Assembly (NCBI RefSeq): GCF_044324785.1
Contig: NZ_CP172127.1
DNA: 64,000 bases
Source of the DNA: Escherichia coli
GTDB taxonomy: Bacteria > Pseudomonadota > Gammaproteobacteria > Enterobacterales > Enterobacteriaceae
Direction: 5' to 3' (one strand)
The position numbers and the translations under genes were made by a program. Of this stretch, positions 35,004 through 45,680 are shown in pieces. The number at the start of each line of letters is the position of its first letter. The stretch's first letter is position 1. The notes beneath the pieces were generated by a model. It was not told the origin of the DNA. It saw only the letters and a list, made by a program, of their open reading frames with translations, and made no database searches.

Positions 35004-36287
35004 ATGGATTTCCAGTTATATTCGCTCGGCGCAGCGTTAGTGTTTCATGAAATATTTTTTCCTGAATCATCAACGGCAATGGCGTTAATTCTGGCAATGG
35101 GAACCTACGGTGCAGGTTATGTGGCACGTATTGTCGGAGCATTTATTTTCGGCAAAATGGGCGACAGAATCGGGCGTAAAAAAGTGCTCTTTATTACCAT
35201 CACCATGATGGGGATCTGTACCACCTTAATTGGTGTGCTGCCGACCTATGCACAAATTGGTGTGTTTGCGCCAATTTTGCTGGTGACGCTGCGTATTATT
35301 CAGGGGCTGGGGGCAGGCGCGGAAATTTCCGGTGCCGGCACGATGCTGGCGGAATATGCACCAAAAGGTAAGCGCGGAATTATCTCCTCATTTGTTGCTA
35401 TGGGGACTAACTGCGGAACCTTGAGCGCAACGGCAATCTGGGCCTTTATGTTCTTCATTCTCAGTAAAGAGGAACTGCTGGCGTGGGGATGGCGTATACC
35501 GTTCCTGGCGAGCGTTGTCGTGATGGTCTTTGCTATCTGGTTGCGTATGAATCTGAAAGAAAGCCCGGTCTTTGAGAAGGTTAACGACAGCAACCAACCG
35601 ACAGCAAAACCTGCACCTGCTGGTAGCATGTTCCAGAGCAAATCCTTCTGGCTGGCAACAGGGCTGCGTTTTGGTCAGGCGGGTAACTCAGGTTTAATTC
35701 AGACTTTCCTTGCAGGCTATTTAGTGCAGACGTTATTGTTTAACAAAGCAATTCCAACAGATGCATTGATGATCAGTTCGATTCTCGGCTTTATGACCAT
35801 TCCGTTCCTTGGTTGGTTATCCGATAAAATTGGTCGCCGGATCCCGTATATTATTATGAATACCTCCGCGATTGTGCTGGCATGGCCAATGCTTTCTATC
35901 ATCGTAGATAAAAGCTATGCCCCGAGCACCATTATGGTTGCACTGATTGTGATTCATAACTGTGCGGTGCTGGGATTATTTGCTCTGGAAAACATTACCA
36001 TGGCAGAAATGTTCGGCTGTAAAAACCGCTTTACCCGGATGGCTATTTCTAAAGAAATTGGTGGTCTTATCGCTTCCGGTTTTGGTCCTATCCTGGCGGG
36101 TATTTTCTGCACCATGACGGAATCCTGGTATCCGATCGCCATTATGATCATGGCATATTCAGTGATTGGTTTAATCTCTGCGCTGAAAATGCCAGAGGTG
36201 AAAGACCGTGATTTAAGTGCGCTGGAAGACGCTGCGGAAGATCAACCGCGTGTTGTAAGAGCTGCGCAACCTTCCAGAAGTCTGTAA
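35004..36287 (+). CDS. ydfJ: MFS transporter (metabolite:H+ symporter family), apparently lacking the normal N-terminus
   Basis: 427-aa ORF MDFQLYSLGAALVFHEIFFPESS...; aligns from the conserved WYDF motif onward of MHS transporters; in-frame stop immediately upstream. Confidence 0.85.
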   Translation: MDFQLYSLGAALVFHEIFFPESSTAMALILAMGTYGAGYVARIVGAFIFGKMGDRIGRKKVLFITITMMGICTTLIGVLPTYAQIGVFAPILLVTLRIIQGLGAGAEISGAGTMLAEYAPKGKRGIISSFVAMGTNCGTLSATAIWAFMFFILSKEELLAWGWRIPFLASVVVMVFAIWLRMNLKESPVFEKVNDSNQPTAKPAPAGSMFQSKSFWLATGLRFGQAGNSGLIQTFLAGYLVQTLLFNKAIPTDALMISSILGFMTIPFLGWLSDKIGRRIPYIIMNTSAIVLAWPMLSIIVDKSYAPSTIMVALIVIHNCAVLGLFALENITMAEMFGCKNRFTRMAISKEIGGLIASGFGPILAGIFCTMTESWYPIAIMIMAYSVIGLISALKMPEVKDRDLSALEDAAEDQPRVVRAAQPSRSL

Positions 36288-36376
36288 ATCCTCCATCCCT
36301 TCTCTTACCGGAGAGGGGATTTTTTATTCATATAACAAAACATGCAGCTTGCCATATTTAAATTTAAGGAATTGTT

Positions 36377-37837
36377 ATGGGAAATAATTTGTTATCAGCA
36401 AAAGCGACGCTCCCTGTTTATGATCGTAATAACCTGGCCCCAAGAATTGTTCATTTAGGCTTTGGTGCATTTCACCGTGCGCATCAGGGCGTGTATGCCG
36501 ATATTCTTGCTACGGAACATTTCAGTGACTGGGGATATTATGAGGTCAATTTAATCGGCGGCGAACAGCAAATTGCCGATTTACAACAGCAAGATAATCT
36601 TTATACCGTTGCGGAAATGTCGGCCGATGCGTGGACGGCTCGCGTCGTTGGCGTCGTTAAAAAAGCCTTGCACATACAAATAGATGGCTTAGAAACCGTG
36701 CTGGCCGCGATGTGTGAACCGCAAATCGCGATTGTCTCTCTGACAATCACCGAAAAAGGGTATTTCCACTCTCCGGCGACCGGACAGTTAATGCTCGATC
36801 ACCCGATGGTCGTTGCCGACGTACAAAATCCCCACCAGCCGAAAACTGCAACAGGGGTGATTGTCGAGGCGCTGGCTCGCCGTAAAGCGGCAGGACTTCC
36901 CGCATTTACCGTCATGTCATGTGACAACATGCCAGAAAACGGTCATGTTATGCGTGACGTTGTCACTTCCTACGCGCAAGCTGTTGATGTAAAACTGGCA
37001 CAATGGATCGAAGAAAACGTGACTTTCCCATCAACAATGGTGGACCGTATTGTGCCCGCAGTGACGGAGGATACGCTGGCGAAAATCGAACAACTTACCG
37101 GTGTGCGCGATCCTGCTGGCGTTGCCTGTGAACCTTTCCGCCAGTGGATAATAGAAGATAACTTTGTTGCCGGACGTCCGGAATGGGAAAAAGCGGGAGC
37201 CGAACTGGTTAGTGATGTGCTGCCTTATGAAGAGATGAAGTTGCGCATGCTCAACGGCAGTCATTCATTCCTGGCGTATCTGGGTTATCTTGCCGGATAT
37301 CAGCACATTAATGACTGCATGGAAGATGAACATTATCGTCATGCAGCGTATGCCTTGATGTTGCAAGAACAAGCGCCGACGTTGAAAGTGCAGGGCGTTG
37401 ATTTGCAAGATTACGCTAACCGATTAATTGAACGCTATAGCAACCCGGCGCTACGTCATCGAACCTGGCAGATTGCGATGGATGGCAGCCAGAAATTGCC
37501 ACAGCGGATGTTGGATTCTGTTCGCTGGCATCTGGCGCATGACAGCAAGTTCGATCTGCTGGCTCTGGGCGTCGCAGGTTGGATGCGTTATGTCGGTGGT
37601 GTTGATGAACAGGGAAATCCGATAGAAATCAGTGACCCACTGTTACCTGTTATTCAGAAGGCTGTACAAAGTAGTGCCGAAGGGAAAGCGCGCGTCCAGT
37701 CATTGCTGGCGATTAAGGCGATCTTTGGTGATGATTTGCCAGACAATAGCTTGTTTACTGCAAAAGTGACGGAAGCGTACTTGTCTTTATTAGCGCATGG
37801 TGCGAAAGCGACCGTGGCGAAATATTCCGTGAAGTAA
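36377..37837 (+). CDS. ydfI: Mannitol dehydrogenase-family oxidoreductase
   Basis: 486-aa ORF; N-terminal Rossmann GFGAFHRAH. Confidence 0.9.
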   Translation: MGNNLLSAKATLPVYDRNNLAPRIVHLGFGAFHRAHQGVYADILATEHFSDWGYYEVNLIGGEQQIADLQQQDNLYTVAEMSADAWTARVVGVVKKALHIQIDGLETVLAAMCEPQIAIVSLTITEKGYFHSPATGQLMLDHPMVVADVQNPHQPKTATGVIVEALARRKAAGLPAFTVMSCDNMPENGHVMRDVVTSYAQAVDVKLAQWIEENVTFPSTMVDRIVPAVTEDTLAKIEQLTGVRDPAGVACEPFRQWIIEDNFVAGRPEWEKAGAELVSDVLPYEEMKLRMLNGSHSFLAYLGYLAGYQHINDCMEDEHYRHAAYALMLQEQAPTLKVQGVDLQDYANRLIERYSNPALRHRTWQIAMDGSQKLPQRMLDSVRWHLAHDSKFDLLALGVAGWMRYVGGVDEQGNPIEISDPLLPVIQKAVQSSAEGKARVQSLLAIKAIFGDDLPDNSLFTAKVTEAYLSLLAHGAKATVAKYSVK

Positions 37838-37872
37838 AAAAAGCAATGCCGCCATCGGCGGCATTCACACGC

Positions 37873-38076
37873 TTAGTTCATGCCGAGACGAATCAGGTCC
37901 AGAGGTGCCAGTTTCTCTTCACAACCTTCAACAACTACGGTTTTTCCGCGGCGGATTTGCTCAGCGGTCAGACCTTCAGTATCAATCGACAGGATCTTGC
38001 CAGTGTGACCGGTGCCGCTAACCATAACACGGCTGCCAGTGGTGATTGCGTTACGGTTACGATCGTAGGTCGTCAT
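37873..38076 (-). CDS. ydfZ: YdfZ small protein
   Basis: 67 aa [32 protein letters not shown]... Confidence 0.85.
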
Positions 38077-38252
38077 AGGTGTTTTCTCCTTTCTGATTTA
38101 CAGTCGAAGCCCACGTAACGGGCGCAATATAAATACTCCTGTCGAGTGAAATATTTTTTGTTTTTGATCAAGCTCACATCTTTTTTGATGCATGCATGAG
38201 CCATATGACGGAGGGAAAAACTCTCACCCCGGATGGGATGAGAGGAAATGAA

Positions 38253-38939
38253 TTACTCTTCGCTAAACCAGTCGCTGTTTTCCTGGCGGATCTGGCGCAC
38301 GGATTCGCTGATTTCCTGCAAATGTTGCGTCATTGCACGTTCTACCGCATCGCCATCACGTTTTTGCAGGGCAGAGAAAATCTCAAGATGCTGGCGTAAC
38401 AGCATTTCTGGTGGAGAAACGTGGTCGAAACTCATATAGCGCACGCGATCAACGGTCGCTTTCAGGTTCTCAATGGTATCCCACGCCAGTTGACAGTCGG
38501 CAATCTGGGTCAAGAGTTGATGGAAGTTGTCATCAAGTTCAAAAAAATCATCCAGTTGTTTGCGCTCAATGGCAATGCGTTGCTGATGAAGATTTTGTTC
38601 CAGTTGGTAGCACTGGCTTTCGGTAATCATGCTCGCCGCCCGACGCGCCACCGCGCACTCAATGGCCTGACGGATAAAACTGCCGTTGCGCACCTGGGCC
38701 ATGGAAATTTTGTTGACGTAGCTGCCACGCTGCGGACGAATTTGAATCAGGCCGTTTTCCGCCAGTTTAATAAAGGCTTCACGAACCGGCTGGCGTGACA
38801 CATTGAAACGAACAGAAACTTCTTTTTCCGACAACGGTGTGCCTGGTGCAATCAGGCAATGGACAATGTCGCGACGAAGAATACGATAAATCTGCTGATT
38901 GACAGGCTGTGTGGGATTAAGTTGCGTTTCGACGGTCAT
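38253..38939 (-). CDS. ydfH: GntR/FadR-family transcriptional regulator
   Basis: 228 aa; N-terminal winged HTH, C-terminal FCD-like domain. Confidence 0.9.
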   Translation of the reverse strand: MTVETQLNPTQPVNQQIYRILRRDIVHCLIAPGTPLSEKEVSVRFNVSRQPVREAFIKLAENGLIQIRPQRGSYVNKISMAQVRNGSFIRQAIECAVARRAASMITESQCYQLEQNLHQQRIAIERKQLDDFFELDDNFHQLLTQIADCQLAWDTIENLKATVDRVRYMSFDHVSPPEMLLRQHLEIFSALQKRDGDAVERAMTQHLQEISESVRQIRQENSDWFSEE

Positions 38940-39027
38940 TCGTTCTTGCTTGTGAGTGAGTTAACTGCATGAGTCTACCACTTTTTTGTGACAAGCAATA
39001 ACCCGGCAGTTACGCCGGGTATAAAAA

Positions 39028-39774
39028 TTACTGACGGTGGACATTCAGTCCGGCATAGCTTTGGGTAACCGGCATCATTTCCAGGGTATTGATATTGACG
39101 TGAGCAGGCAGCGTTGACACCCACCAGACGGCTTCGCTGACATCTTCTGGCGTCAATGCAACGGTATTTTGATAGGTTTTTTCCGCTTTACCGTCATCGC
39201 CTTTAAAGCGGACATTGGAAAACTCGGTGCCACCCACCAGACCCGGCTCGATGTCGGTGACGCGCACCGCCGTACCATGCAGGTCCGTACGCAGATTCAG
39301 GCTAAACTGACGAACAAACGCTTTCGTCGCACCGTAAACGTTACCACCGGCATACGGCCAGCTGCCTGCCGTTGAGCCAATGTTAATAATATGACCATGA
39401 TTACGTTCAACCATACCCGGTAAGACGGCGCGCGTCATATATACCAGGCCTTTGTTGTTGGTATCAATCATCGTTTCCCAGTCTTCAACGCTGGCTTTAT
39501 GCGCAGGCTCCATGCCCAACGCCAGACCGGCATTATTTACCAGGATATCAATATTGCACCACTCGGCAGGAAGCGATGCCAGCATCTCTTCAATAGCGGC
39601 GCGGTTGCGAACGTCCAGTTGGGCGATATAAAGATTATCTCCCAGTTCGTCTTTTAACTCCTGCAACCGCTCCTGGCGACGGCCAGTGGCGATAACTTTA
39701 TGCCCTTGTTGAATAAAACGACGAGTAATGCATTCACCAAAACCTGCCGTTGCTCCAGTTACTAAAACGATCAT
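39028..39774 (-). CDS. ydfG: NADP-dependent short-chain dehydrogenase (3-hydroxy acid dehydrogenase)
   Basis: ORF 39028-39789; start at MIVLVTGATAGFG (248 aa); SDR motifs TGATAGFG and YGATK. Confidence 0.9.
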   Translation of the reverse strand: MIVLVTGATAGFGECITRRFIQQGHKVIATGRRQERLQELKDELGDNLYIAQLDVRNRAAIEEMLASLPAEWCNIDILVNNAGLALGMEPAHKASVEDWETMIDTNNKGLVYMTRAVLPGMVERNHGHIINIGSTAGSWPYAGGNVYGATKAFVRQFSLNLRTDLHGTAVRVTDIEPGLVGGTEFSNVRFKGDDGKAEKTYQNTVALTPEDVSEAVWWVSTLPAHVNINTLEMMPVTQSYAGLNVHRQ

Positions 39775-39910
39775 CTCACTGTTCCTCAACGCTTTTGTGT
39801 GTCAATAACATAGCACGTGATGCTTAAGAGCGGGTAATACTGGTTTGCAAGATTGCACTCCGTTATCAGTAAGCCTACGCTATGGAACACCTCGCGTTCA
39901 GGAGAAGAAA

Positions 39911-41956
39911 ATGACAACAATGAATCCTTTCCTTGTGCAAAGCACACTGCCGTATCTGGCTCCCCATTTTGATCAAATTTCCAATCATCACTATCGCCCG
40001 GCATTCGATGAGGGAATGCAGCAAAAGCGGGCAGAAATTGCTGCCATCGCGCTTAATCCGCAAACGCCTGATTTCAACAATACTATTCTGGCACTGGAAC
40101 AAAGCGGAGAATTACTTACCCGCGTTACCAGCGTCTTTTTTGCGATGACTGCGGCGCATACTAATGATGAATTACAGCGTCTTGATGAACAGTTTTCCGC
40201 TGAACTGGCGGAACTGGCTAATGATATCTATCTGAACGGTGAATTATTCGCGCGGGTAGATGCTGTCTGGCAACGCCGTGAATCCCTGGGACTTGATAGT
40301 GAATCCATCCGCCTGGTGGAGGTCATTCATCAACGTTTTGTCCTTGCCGGAGCCAAACTTGCACAAGCTGATAAAGCAAAATTAAAAGTACTGAATACAG
40401 AAGCTGCGACCCTGACCAGCCAGTTTAACCAGCGGTTACTGGCAGCAAATAAATCCGGCGGTCTGGTTGTGAACGATATCGCGCAGCTGGCAGGAATGAG
40501 TGAGCAAGAGATTGCGCTGGCGGCAGAGGCGGCTCGCGAGAAAGGTCTGGATAACAAATGGCTGATTCCGTTGCTGAATACCACCCAGCAACCAGCGCTT
40601 GCTGAACTGCGCGATCGCGCGACGCGTGAAAAACTGTTCACTGCGGGCTGGACGCGAGCGGAAAAAAATGATGCCAATGATACCCGCGCTATCATTCAAC
40701 GTCTGGTGGAGATCCGCGCGCAGCAGGCGAAACTGCTTGGTTTCCCTCATTATGCCGCATGGAAAATCGCCGATCAGATGGCAAAAACGCCAGAAGCAGC
40801 ACTCAACTTTATGCGGGAAATTGTTCCAGCGGCGCGTCAACGTGCGAGCGATGAATTAGCCTCCATACAGGCGGTTATCGATAAGCAGCAGGGCGGGTTT
40901 AGCGCGCAGCCGTGGGACTGGGCATTTTATGCCGAGCAGGTAAGACGTGAGAAATTCGATCTCGATGAAGCGCAGCTCAAGCCTTATTTCGAATTAAACA
41001 CGGTGTTGAATGAAGGCGTATTCTGGACTGCGAATCAGCTCTTCGGTATTAAGTTTGTCGAACGTTTTGATATTCCTGTCTACCATCCTGACGTTCGGGT
41101 GTGGGAAATTTTTGATCATAATGGCGTGGGGCTGGCGTTATTTTACGGTGATTTCTTCGCCCGTGATTCAAAAAGCGGCGGTGCATGGATGGGCAATTTT
41201 GTTGAGCAATCAACGCTGAATGAAACGCATCCGGTAATTTATAACGTCTGCAATTATCAGAAACCCGCTGCCGGTGAGCCTGCGTTGTTACTCTGGGATG
41301 ATGTCATAACCTTATTCCATGAATTTGGTCATACGCTGCACGGCCTTTTTGCCCGCCAGCGTTATGCCACGCTTTCCGGCACCAACACGCCGCGTGATTT
41401 TGTCGAATTTCCGTCGCAAATCAACGAACACTGGGCAACGCATCCGCAGGTATTCGCTCGCTATGCCCGGCATTATCAGAGCGGGGCAGCAATGCCTGAC
41501 GAACTGCAACAGAAAATGCGTAATGCCAGCCTGTTCAACAAAGGGTATGAGATGAGCGAACTGCTTAGCGCCGCACTTCTCGATATGCGCTGGCATTGCC
41601 TGGAAGAAAACGAAGCAATGCAGGATGTCGATGATTTCGAATTGCGGGCGCTGGTGGCGGAAAATATGGATCTTCCTGCTATACCGCCACGCTATCGCAG
41701 CAGTTATTTCGCCCATATTTTTGGTGGCGGATATGCCGCAGGTTATTACGCTTATCTGTGGACGCAAATGTTGGCCGATGATGGTTATCAGTGGTTTGTT
41801 GAGCAGGGCGGATTAACGCGTGAAAATGGGCTGCGTTTTCGCGAGGCGATCCTTTCCAGAGGTAACAGCGAAGATCTGGAACGCCTGTATCGACAATGGC
41901 GCGGTAAGGCACCTCAGATTATGCCGATGCTGCAACATCGTGGCTTGAACGTATAA
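39911..41956 (+). CDS. dcp: Dipeptidyl carboxypeptidase II (M3 zinc metallopeptidase)
   Basis: ORF 39845-41956; start at MTTMNPFLVQSTLPY (681 aa); HEFGH zinc motif present. Confidence 0.95.
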   Translation: MTTMNPFLVQSTLPYLAPHFDQISNHHYRPAFDEGMQQKRAEIAAIALNPQTPDFNNTILALEQSGELLTRVTSVFFAMTAAHTNDELQRLDEQFSAELAELANDIYLNGELFARVDAVWQRRESLGLDSESIRLVEVIHQRFVLAGAKLAQADKAKLKVLNTEAATLTSQFNQRLLAANKSGGLVVNDIAQLAGMSEQEIALAAEAAREKGLDNKWLIPLLNTTQQPALAELRDRATREKLFTAGWTRAEKNDANDTRAIIQRLVEIRAQQAKLLGFPHYAAWKIADQMAKTPEAALNFMREIVPAARQRASDELASIQAVIDKQQGGFSAQPWDWAFYAEQVRREKFDLDEAQLKPYFELNTVLNEGVFWTANQLFGIKFVERFDIPVYHPDVRVWEIFDHNGVGLALFYGDFFARDSKSGGAWMGNFVEQSTLNETHPVIYNVCNYQKPAAGEPALLLWDDVITLFHEFGHTLHGLFARQRYATLSGTNTPRDFVEFPSQINEHWATHPQVFARYARHYQSGAAMPDELQQKMRNASLFNKGYEMSELLSAALLDMRWHCLEENEAMQDVDDFELRALVAENMDLPAIPPRYRSSYFAHIFGGGYAAGYYAYLWTQMLADDGYQWFVEQGGLTRENGLRFREAILSRGNSEDLERLYRQWRGKAPQIMPMLQHRGLNV

Positions 41957-41967
41957 ACACCACCAAT

Positions 41968-41997
41968 GGCTGGCCTGGAGAAATCGCCAGGCCAGCC
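41968..41997. repeat. Perfect 11-bp inverted repeat (GGCTGGCCTGG / CCAGGCCAGCC) with 8-nt loop immediately after dcp
   Basis: Read directly; no downstream U-tract, so likely a stabilising stem or bidirectional structure rather than a canonical intrinsic terminator. Confidence 0.4.
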
Positions 41998-42320
41998 TGG
42001 TTAGAGTAGTAATTGCAGCAGCTGGGCGAGGGCAAACCTCACCGCTAATGCTAATACCGTTTCGCAGTCGCCAGCAAAATTACTTTTTTTGTATACCCTT
42101 CCGTTATAATAATTTTCAAATTTATAAATCTGATTGTTCTGAAATATGTTTAAGACTCTTTAATCTTCTTCTTACTTTAGTGAGTAAAATTCTCTGAATA
42201 TTTGACAGTTAGTTGCCTGATTTTAAATGCCTTATAACAATTGGCAGTATTCTTATTTGTCAATTATAAAAATAGCAACCAGACTTAATAAGTCAAACCA
42301 AACGCAATTAAGGAGTCAGT

Positions 42321-42713
42321 ATGAAATTTCAGGCCATTGTATTAGCAAGTTTTCTTGTCATGCCTTATGCGTTGGCAGATGACCAGGGCGGATTAAAACA
42401 GGATGCAGCGCCACCGCCGCCTCATGCAATAGAAGATGGCTATCGTGGAACCGATGATGCAAAAAAAATGACCGTTGATTTCGCAAAAACCATGCACGAT
42501 GGCGCTTCGGTTTCACTACGCGGTAATTTGATTTCTCACAAAGGAGAAGACCGTTACGTTTTTCGCGATAAGAGCGGAGAAATTAATGTTGTTATTCCTG
42601 CGGCGGTCTTTGATGGACGAGAAGTTCAGCCGGACCAGATGATCAACATTAGCGGTAGTCTGGATAAGAAAAGCGCGCCGGCCGTCGTTCGGGTCACTCA
42701 TTTGCAGAAATAA
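42321..42713 (+). CDS. ydeI: YdeI/YgiW (BOF/OB-fold) periplasmic stress protein
   Basis: 130 aa with signal peptide [19 protein letters not shown]. Confidence 0.85.
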
Positions 42714-42967
42714 AAATAAATTAGCCTGATGGCCTGAACTACTGGGCCATTAGGGTATTGGGTTATGCTATTTGTCATCCTTTTATTTACGATAATGCAG
42801 AGGTAATTTACAGAATTAAACACTTTATTATCCGCTGATTTTGTTTTAAATCACAATGTTATCTCAGAGATGACTCATAACTTCGGATTTCTATGAAAAT
42901 ATTGACGTAATTTTGCTTTTCTCTCGTTAGAATAGCGCGCACAAGGAACTGTGAAAAAGGAGTTGCA

Positions 42968-43858
42968 ATGATCAAGAAGACAACGGAAATTGATGCCATC
43001 TTGTTAAATCTCAATAAGGCTATCGATGCCCACTACCAGTGGCTGGTAAGTATGTTTCACAGCGTAGTCGCGAGAGATGCCAGTAAGCCAGAAATAACGG
43101 ATAACCATTCTTATGGACTGTGCCAGTTTGGTCGGTGGATTGATCATCTGGGGCCACTCGATAACGATGAATTACCTTACGTTCGGCTAATGGATTCTGC
43201 CCATCAACATATGCATAACTGTGGTCGGGAATTAATGTTGGCTATTATTGAAAATCACTGGCAGGACGCGCATTTCGACGCCTTTCAGGAAGGGTTGCTT
43301 TCTTTTACTGCGGCATTAACCGATTACAAAATTTATTTGCTGACGATCCGTAGCAATATGGATGTTTTGACGGGATTGCCGGGTCGTCGGGTTCTTGATG
43401 AATCCTTTGATCATCAGTTACGCAACGCTGAGCCTCTGAATCTTTATTTAATGTTGTTGGATATTGACCGATTTAAATTGGTTAATGATACCTACGGGCA
43501 TTTAATCGGCGATGTAGTATTACGCACCCTGGCAACTTACTTAGCCAGTTGGACGCGCGATTACGAAACGGTTTATCGCTACGGTGGCGAAGAATTTATC
43601 ATTATTGTCAAAGCGGCTAATGATGAAGAAGCATGTCGTGCAGGTATCAGAATTTGCCAGTTAGTCGATAACCATGCCATCACACATTCTGAAGGGCATA
43701 TCAACATTACCGTGACTGCAGGTGTGAGTCGCGCATTTCCTGAAGAGCCTCTGGATGTGGTCATTGGAAGAGCGGACCGGGCAATGTATGAGGGTAAGCA
43801 AACCGGAAGAAATCGCTGTATGTTTATTGACGAACAAAATGTGATTAACCGAGTTTAA
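42968..43858 (+). CDS. dgcZ: Zinc-sensing diguanylate cyclase
   Basis: 296 aa; N-terminal chemoreceptor zinc-binding (CZB)-like His/Cys motifs, C-terminal GGDEF domain with GGEEF. Confidence 0.9.
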   Translation: MIKKTTEIDAILLNLNKAIDAHYQWLVSMFHSVVARDASKPEITDNHSYGLCQFGRWIDHLGPLDNDELPYVRLMDSAHQHMHNCGRELMLAIIENHWQDAHFDAFQEGLLSFTAALTDYKIYLLTIRSNMDVLTGLPGRRVLDESFDHQLRNAEPLNLYLMLLDIDRFKLVNDTYGHLIGDVVLRTLATYLASWTRDYETVYRYGGEEFIIIVKAANDEEACRAGIRICQLVDNHAITHSEGHINITVTAGVSRAFPEEPLDVVIGRADRAMYEGKQTGRNRCMFIDEQNVINRV

Positions 43859-43975
43859 GCTCCGTTTAACATTCATTGAGAAAACTGATGCTACTGTGTC
43901 AACGATCCGTTATCAGTGCAGGAAAATGCCTGTTAGCGTAAAAGCAAAACACAAATCTATCCATGCAAGCATTCA

Positions 43976-44001
43976 CCGCCGGTTTACTGGCGGTTTTTTT
44001 T
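43976..44001 (+). terminator. Intrinsic terminator (plus strand) in dgcZ-mgtS intergenic region
   Basis: Hairpin CCGCCGG-TTTA-CTGGCGG followed by T8. Confidence 0.55.
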
Positions 44002-44007
44002 CGCCGT

Positions 44008-44049
44008 CATAAAAATCAGGCCCCTTGTACACAACTGTAACAAGGGGCC
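44008..44049 (-). terminator. Intrinsic terminator for mgtS (minus strand)
   Basis: 10-bp stem GGCCCCTTGT/ACAAGGGGCC followed on the minus strand by TGATTTTTAT. Confidence 0.55.
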
Positions 44050-44076
44050 GGTTAGGTGAGGGATTATCTCCGTTCA

Positions 44077-44172
44077 TTAGTCATCCCATTTGTGGCTGAA
44101 ATACGCGGCCAGAAAACCAGAAAATAAAATTATTCCCAGTACGGCCATAAAAACATTCATATTACCCAGCAT
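44077..44172 (-). CDS. mgtS: MgtS (YneM) 31-aa inner-membrane small protein
   Basis: Hand-translated MLGNMNVFMAVLGIILFSGFLAAYFSHKWDD; SD GGAGG upstream; below track cutoff. Confidence 0.8.
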   Translation of the reverse strand: MLGNMNVFMAVLGIILFSGFLAAYFSHKWDD

Positions 44173-44298
44173 TATTTGCCTCCGTTTATGGTGTGGTGTG
44201 TTTCCTCGCTTACCTTAATTTTCATCTCAATGAGAAAGATATTAGCAGAGGTAACCTAAACGAAGGCTGAATTAAATTTTTATTGTGTTCGACTTAAA

Positions 44299-45486
44299 TC
44301 AACAAAGCGCGGGCTGCCCCCACGGTCTTGCACGAATTCCTTTTAACATCAGCACCCACGCAGCAATGATCACCAACGCTAAGATGATAAACAGCGAGGA
44401 AGGCGGCAGGTTGGTTAGCACTATGCCACTCACTAATGGGTTAATCGCCGCACCAAGCCAGCCTAAAGACTGAGCGGAAAAATAGCTGGCTTTCATTCCT
44501 GGCGGCGCAATATGGTCAATCAACATATACTCGCCCGGCGCATAAATGATTTCACCGACAGTAAATACCGCAGCTGACATACCCCACAATAGCAGGCTGT
44601 TGCCGGAAAAAATAAAACCGACCAGACCGATGACGAAACAGAGGGTGCCTGCTGTCATCAGCGTGCGGATGTTAGCCGGGTTAAGTCGCCGGCCCACGGA
44701 ATATTGCAACGTAACCACCATGGCAGCATTCACCGGAAGAACAACCGCGACCACCTTTTCGGCAAAATCCCCATCAGCAATCACCATCACATATTGTGAA
44801 ATGCATGAAGCAAATGCGCCGCTAACAAAAGAAGCCAGAAAGCCAGAGCAGGTAAACCACAACAGTGCTTTATCTTGTAATAAAACTTTCGGCGACCAGG
44901 CACTGGCTGTTTCCGTGGCGATGATTTTCTCGCTGCGCTTTACCCAAATTTGAATGAAAAGCATGGGAAACGCGGAACAGATAGCTGCCAGCCAAAAGGG
45001 CAGATTGATGCTCTGCATCACCAACAGCGTGCCGAGCGGCGGACCGATGGTCCAGCCAATGTTTAGCATGGTGTAGTTGATTGAGAAGATTTTCGTTTTG
45101 CTGGTGGAGGAAAGATTGTCGGCAAACCAGGCTTTCAACACGGTAGCAAAAACGGAATAGGCGCAGTTAATAAGGGCAAAAAAGAGTACCACCAGCGTCA
45201 CGTTATTCACTAAAGGAATGGCAATAAAACCGCTGGCGAAGGCGGTAATTGCCAGTAACATATAGCGTTTCTTGTCGAACTTATCCGCCAGGATACCAAA
45301 ACCGAGGCTAAAAACGACGCCAATAGTGAGCGCAATTGTCATCGCATAACCGATTAGATCGACACTCAGGCTGTACTGGCGACTCAAGTAAATGGTCATA
45401 AACGGCAGCGTAGCGCCGCGTCCGATGGTTAATAACAACGACGAGGCAAGAAGGGCGCTGGTAGAGCGTCGTAGGGATAAGTTCAT
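44299..45486 (-). CDS. ydeE: MFS efflux transporter
   Basis: 395 aa, 12-TM profile. Confidence 0.9.
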   Translation of the reverse strand: MNLSLRRSTSALLASSLLLTIGRGATLPFMTIYLSRQYSLSVDLIGYAMTIALTIGVVFSLGFGILADKFDKKRYMLLAITAFASGFIAIPLVNNVTLVVLFFALINCAYSVFATVLKAWFADNLSSTSKTKIFSINYTMLNIGWTIGPPLGTLLVMQSINLPFWLAAICSAFPMLFIQIWVKRSEKIIATETASAWSPKVLLQDKALLWFTCSGFLASFVSGAFASCISQYVMVIADGDFAEKVVAVVLPVNAAMVVTLQYSVGRRLNPANIRTLMTAGTLCFVIGLVGFIFSGNSLLLWGMSAAVFTVGEIIYAPGEYMLIDHIAPPGMKASYFSAQSLGWLGAAINPLVSGIVLTNLPPSSLFIILALVIIAAWVLMLKGIRARPWGQPALC

Positions 45487-45680
45487 TTGTCTGTCCGGCA
45501 GTGCGTTTCGTTATGTTTTGTTTTAGAGATGTAAAGAAATAGCATGGCAAAAATCCGAAGTATAGCGACTTATTTGCGCTTTAATGCCGTCGTAATCGGC
45601 GACTAACGAATCAACTGTTAAAGAAAAGTAAATTCAGCTAAGTTGATTGCTTACAAAAGATGAAATTCAGAGGCGGTAGA

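Noticed and set aside
34662-35040. 92-aa minus and 69-aa plus ORFs in the ydfK-ydfJ intergenic region
   Set aside because: No RBS or family resemblance; the plus-frame one probably reflects the displaced ydfJ N-terminal frame rather than an independent gene.
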